In this document: positions 55,894-64,000 of the stretch, piece after piece | Layout: the number at the start of each line of letters is the position of its first letter | How positions within the stretch are numbered: position 1 is the first letter of the stretch | NCBI GenBank assembly: GCA_050613775.1 | Contig: JBODTK010000110.1 | Location: forward strand, 372,001-436,000 | Direction of reading: 5' to 3' | DNA: 64,000 bases | Origin: Neocallimastix sp. 'constans' | Taxonomy: Eukaryota | Notes under the pieces: generated by a model | Told to the model about the DNA's origin: nothing | The model's database searches: none | The model's input: the letters and a program-made list of their open reading frames with translations, nothing else | Translations under genes and position numbers: made by a program

Positions 55894-56747
55894 TTTAATA
55901 TTTTTAATCAATTATTATTTTAATTTATGGACATTTTTTATTAACTATAACTATATTAATTTTTTGATTTTATTTTGATCTATATTATTTTTTTAATAAA
56001 AGATTTCTTTTTTTATTTCTGTCTTTTTTTTTTTTTTTTTTTTTTTGATTTTAATGCTTTTATTTAATATAATTTTTTTTTTCATTTCTGAATATATATA
56101 TATTTATATTAAATATTAATAATATTTAATATAAATATTTGAATATTTTAAATATAAGAATTAATAAATACTTAATTTTTTTTATAATAAATTATTTAGT
56201 ATATATTAATTTTTATAAATATATTATACATTATTAGTATGTATATATTAATATCATATTAGTATTTATATTTAGACATATGTATAAAATAGAATTTATT
56301 TACTCTATGTAGTTAAATTATTTATATAATTAATAAAAACTTTTTTTTTTCATATTTATATAATAATTAATAAAAACAATAATTTACAATATTTTCTTAT
56401 TATAGTTTTGAGAAATAGGGTCAGCAATATAGAACTTCACATAAGTTGGTGTAACCTTTATTAAATAAAGACTCAATATACATAAAAGTTAAGCATCGTT
56501 CCTAAGGAGTTTGTATCTACTTCAATAGTTAAAAACAATTTTTATCTTTTTTCGTTTTATTAGTATTTTTATTCCTTATTGTTTTTTATATATACATATT
56601 ATTATATAACAATTGTTATAAAAAGTAGTTTATTATTAATAAGAGTATATGTATCAGTTATATATTTTTTATAATCTTTATTTATATATACGTTCTTTTA
56701 AGTGATAAATAATTTACTTTAATATATATATATATAAAAAAGCAATA

Positions 56748-56870
56748 TTTTTTTGTATTTTTATTAATATCTAGAATAAAATTAAAAAAATTAAATGACA
56801 AATAATTTATTTTAATATAAAGTAAATTTTTTTAATTTTATTCTAGATATTTATTAAAATACAAAAAAAA
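56748..56870. repeat. Inverted repeat with ~45-bp arms and ~30-bp spacer
   Basis: The left arm TTTTTTTGTATTTTTATTAATATCTAGAATAAAATTAAAAAAATT matches the reverse complement of the right arm (56824-56870), TTTTTTTTGTATTTTAATAAATATCTAGAATAAAATTAAAAAAATTT, with about two mismatches. Confidence 0.85.
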
Positions 56871-57376
56871 ATAGGCATAATATAAAAATAATCATAGAAC
56901 ATTTTATTTTAAATTTTTAATATTGCTATTCGATTGAATAAAAAAAATTAAACCGGAAATATAAATAATATATAATTATTTTTAATATTATTTAAATTTT
57001 GAGATTAAATTATATTAAATAGAAAGAAATTCACTAAATTTTAATTATTGATAGAATCTTAAAAATGTTTTTCTGGGATGTATATTTGAATTTAATAATA
57101 ATATGTTAACACATTACTTTATATTTTTATTTTTTGTTTTATTTTATTTTTTATTTTTTATATTTTTATTTTTTTTTATCATTTTATTTTATTATTATAA
57201 TTATTATTCTTTTTTATCAATAGTAAAAATATAATGTTTTTTAATAAAATTTTATTTTAATTATATTAAAACGATAAAGTGTAAAACTATACTATTACTT
57301 TAAAAATGATTGGTTACAACAAAGAAAACTAAAATTAATTATGAATTTTCAAAATACAATAAAAAGGAATAATTAG

Positions 57377-57412
<36 letters not shown>

Positions 57413-57510
57413 ATAATAAAGTTTATTATGAAAGAAAATTTAGTTTTTTTTCTTTTTATATTTTATAATTTTTATTTTTATTAAAAAAAGAGTATTCATA
57501 AAATTAATAA

Positions 57511-57567
<57 letters not shown>

Positions 57568-57628
57568 CGAAATAAATTCTTTTCTTTTAAATTTCAAATT
57601 ATAATTATTTAAGTTATTTTTTTTAAAA

Positions 57629-63642
<6,014 letters not shown>

Positions 63643-63841
63643 TAAAATAAGATAAAATAATATTCTTTTTAAAAAAAAAAAATTACTAATTAATAGTAAA
63701 AATGAGGAAGAGGAAAGTATTATAAATAATAAATAAATAAAAATATTTCAATCATGTTAGTCGAATCAAATATAAACATACATAAATTTATATATAAAGC
63801 AACATATTCATCTATCATTTATAACTATAATTAAATTTTTT

Positions 63842-63882
<41 letters not shown>

Positions 63883-64000
63883 ATTTTTTATTTCCTTTTC
63901 TTTTTTTTTTTTTTTTGTTTGTTTGTTTGTTTGTTTGTTTATTAATTCTATATTTTTATCTATATTATATCCACATCTATATTTATAATTATTTTTAATA

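Overview
Extremely AT-rich, intron-rich eukaryotic DNA. It is most consistent with an anaerobic gut fungus (Neocallimastigomycota); this is inferred from base composition, (AAT)n-filled introns, a cilium-type enkurin gene and intronless bacterial-type GH10 xylanases. I can support 10 intact protein-coding genes: calcineurin B (-), a SAM-domain/SNF2 (ATRX/RAD54L2-like) helicase (+), ALG7/GPT (-), an enkurin-domain protein (+), an orphan type-I membrane protein (-), gamma-glutamyl kinase PRO1 (-), two tandem GH10 xylanases (-), Cdh1/Fzr (+) and MCM4 (+). An eleventh gene is a divergent Ser/Thr kinase (-). There is also a patchwork of decayed Copia and Gypsy fragments at ~40.9-42.7 kb and many microsatellites. 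The most notable observations are: (1) two GH10 paralogues that are nucleotide-identical over long stretches but differ in tight patches at the substrate-cleft loops; (2) an unexplained ~235-nt non-coding island (1571-1805) with nested perfect helices, a possible pseudoknot and a following poly-T run; (3) an atypical kinase with no Gly-loop and an HLDITTSN catalytic loop, located between Cdh1 and MCM4; (4) a ~600-aa N-terminal extension on Cdh1. Exon boundaries were read by eye and may be off by a few bases.
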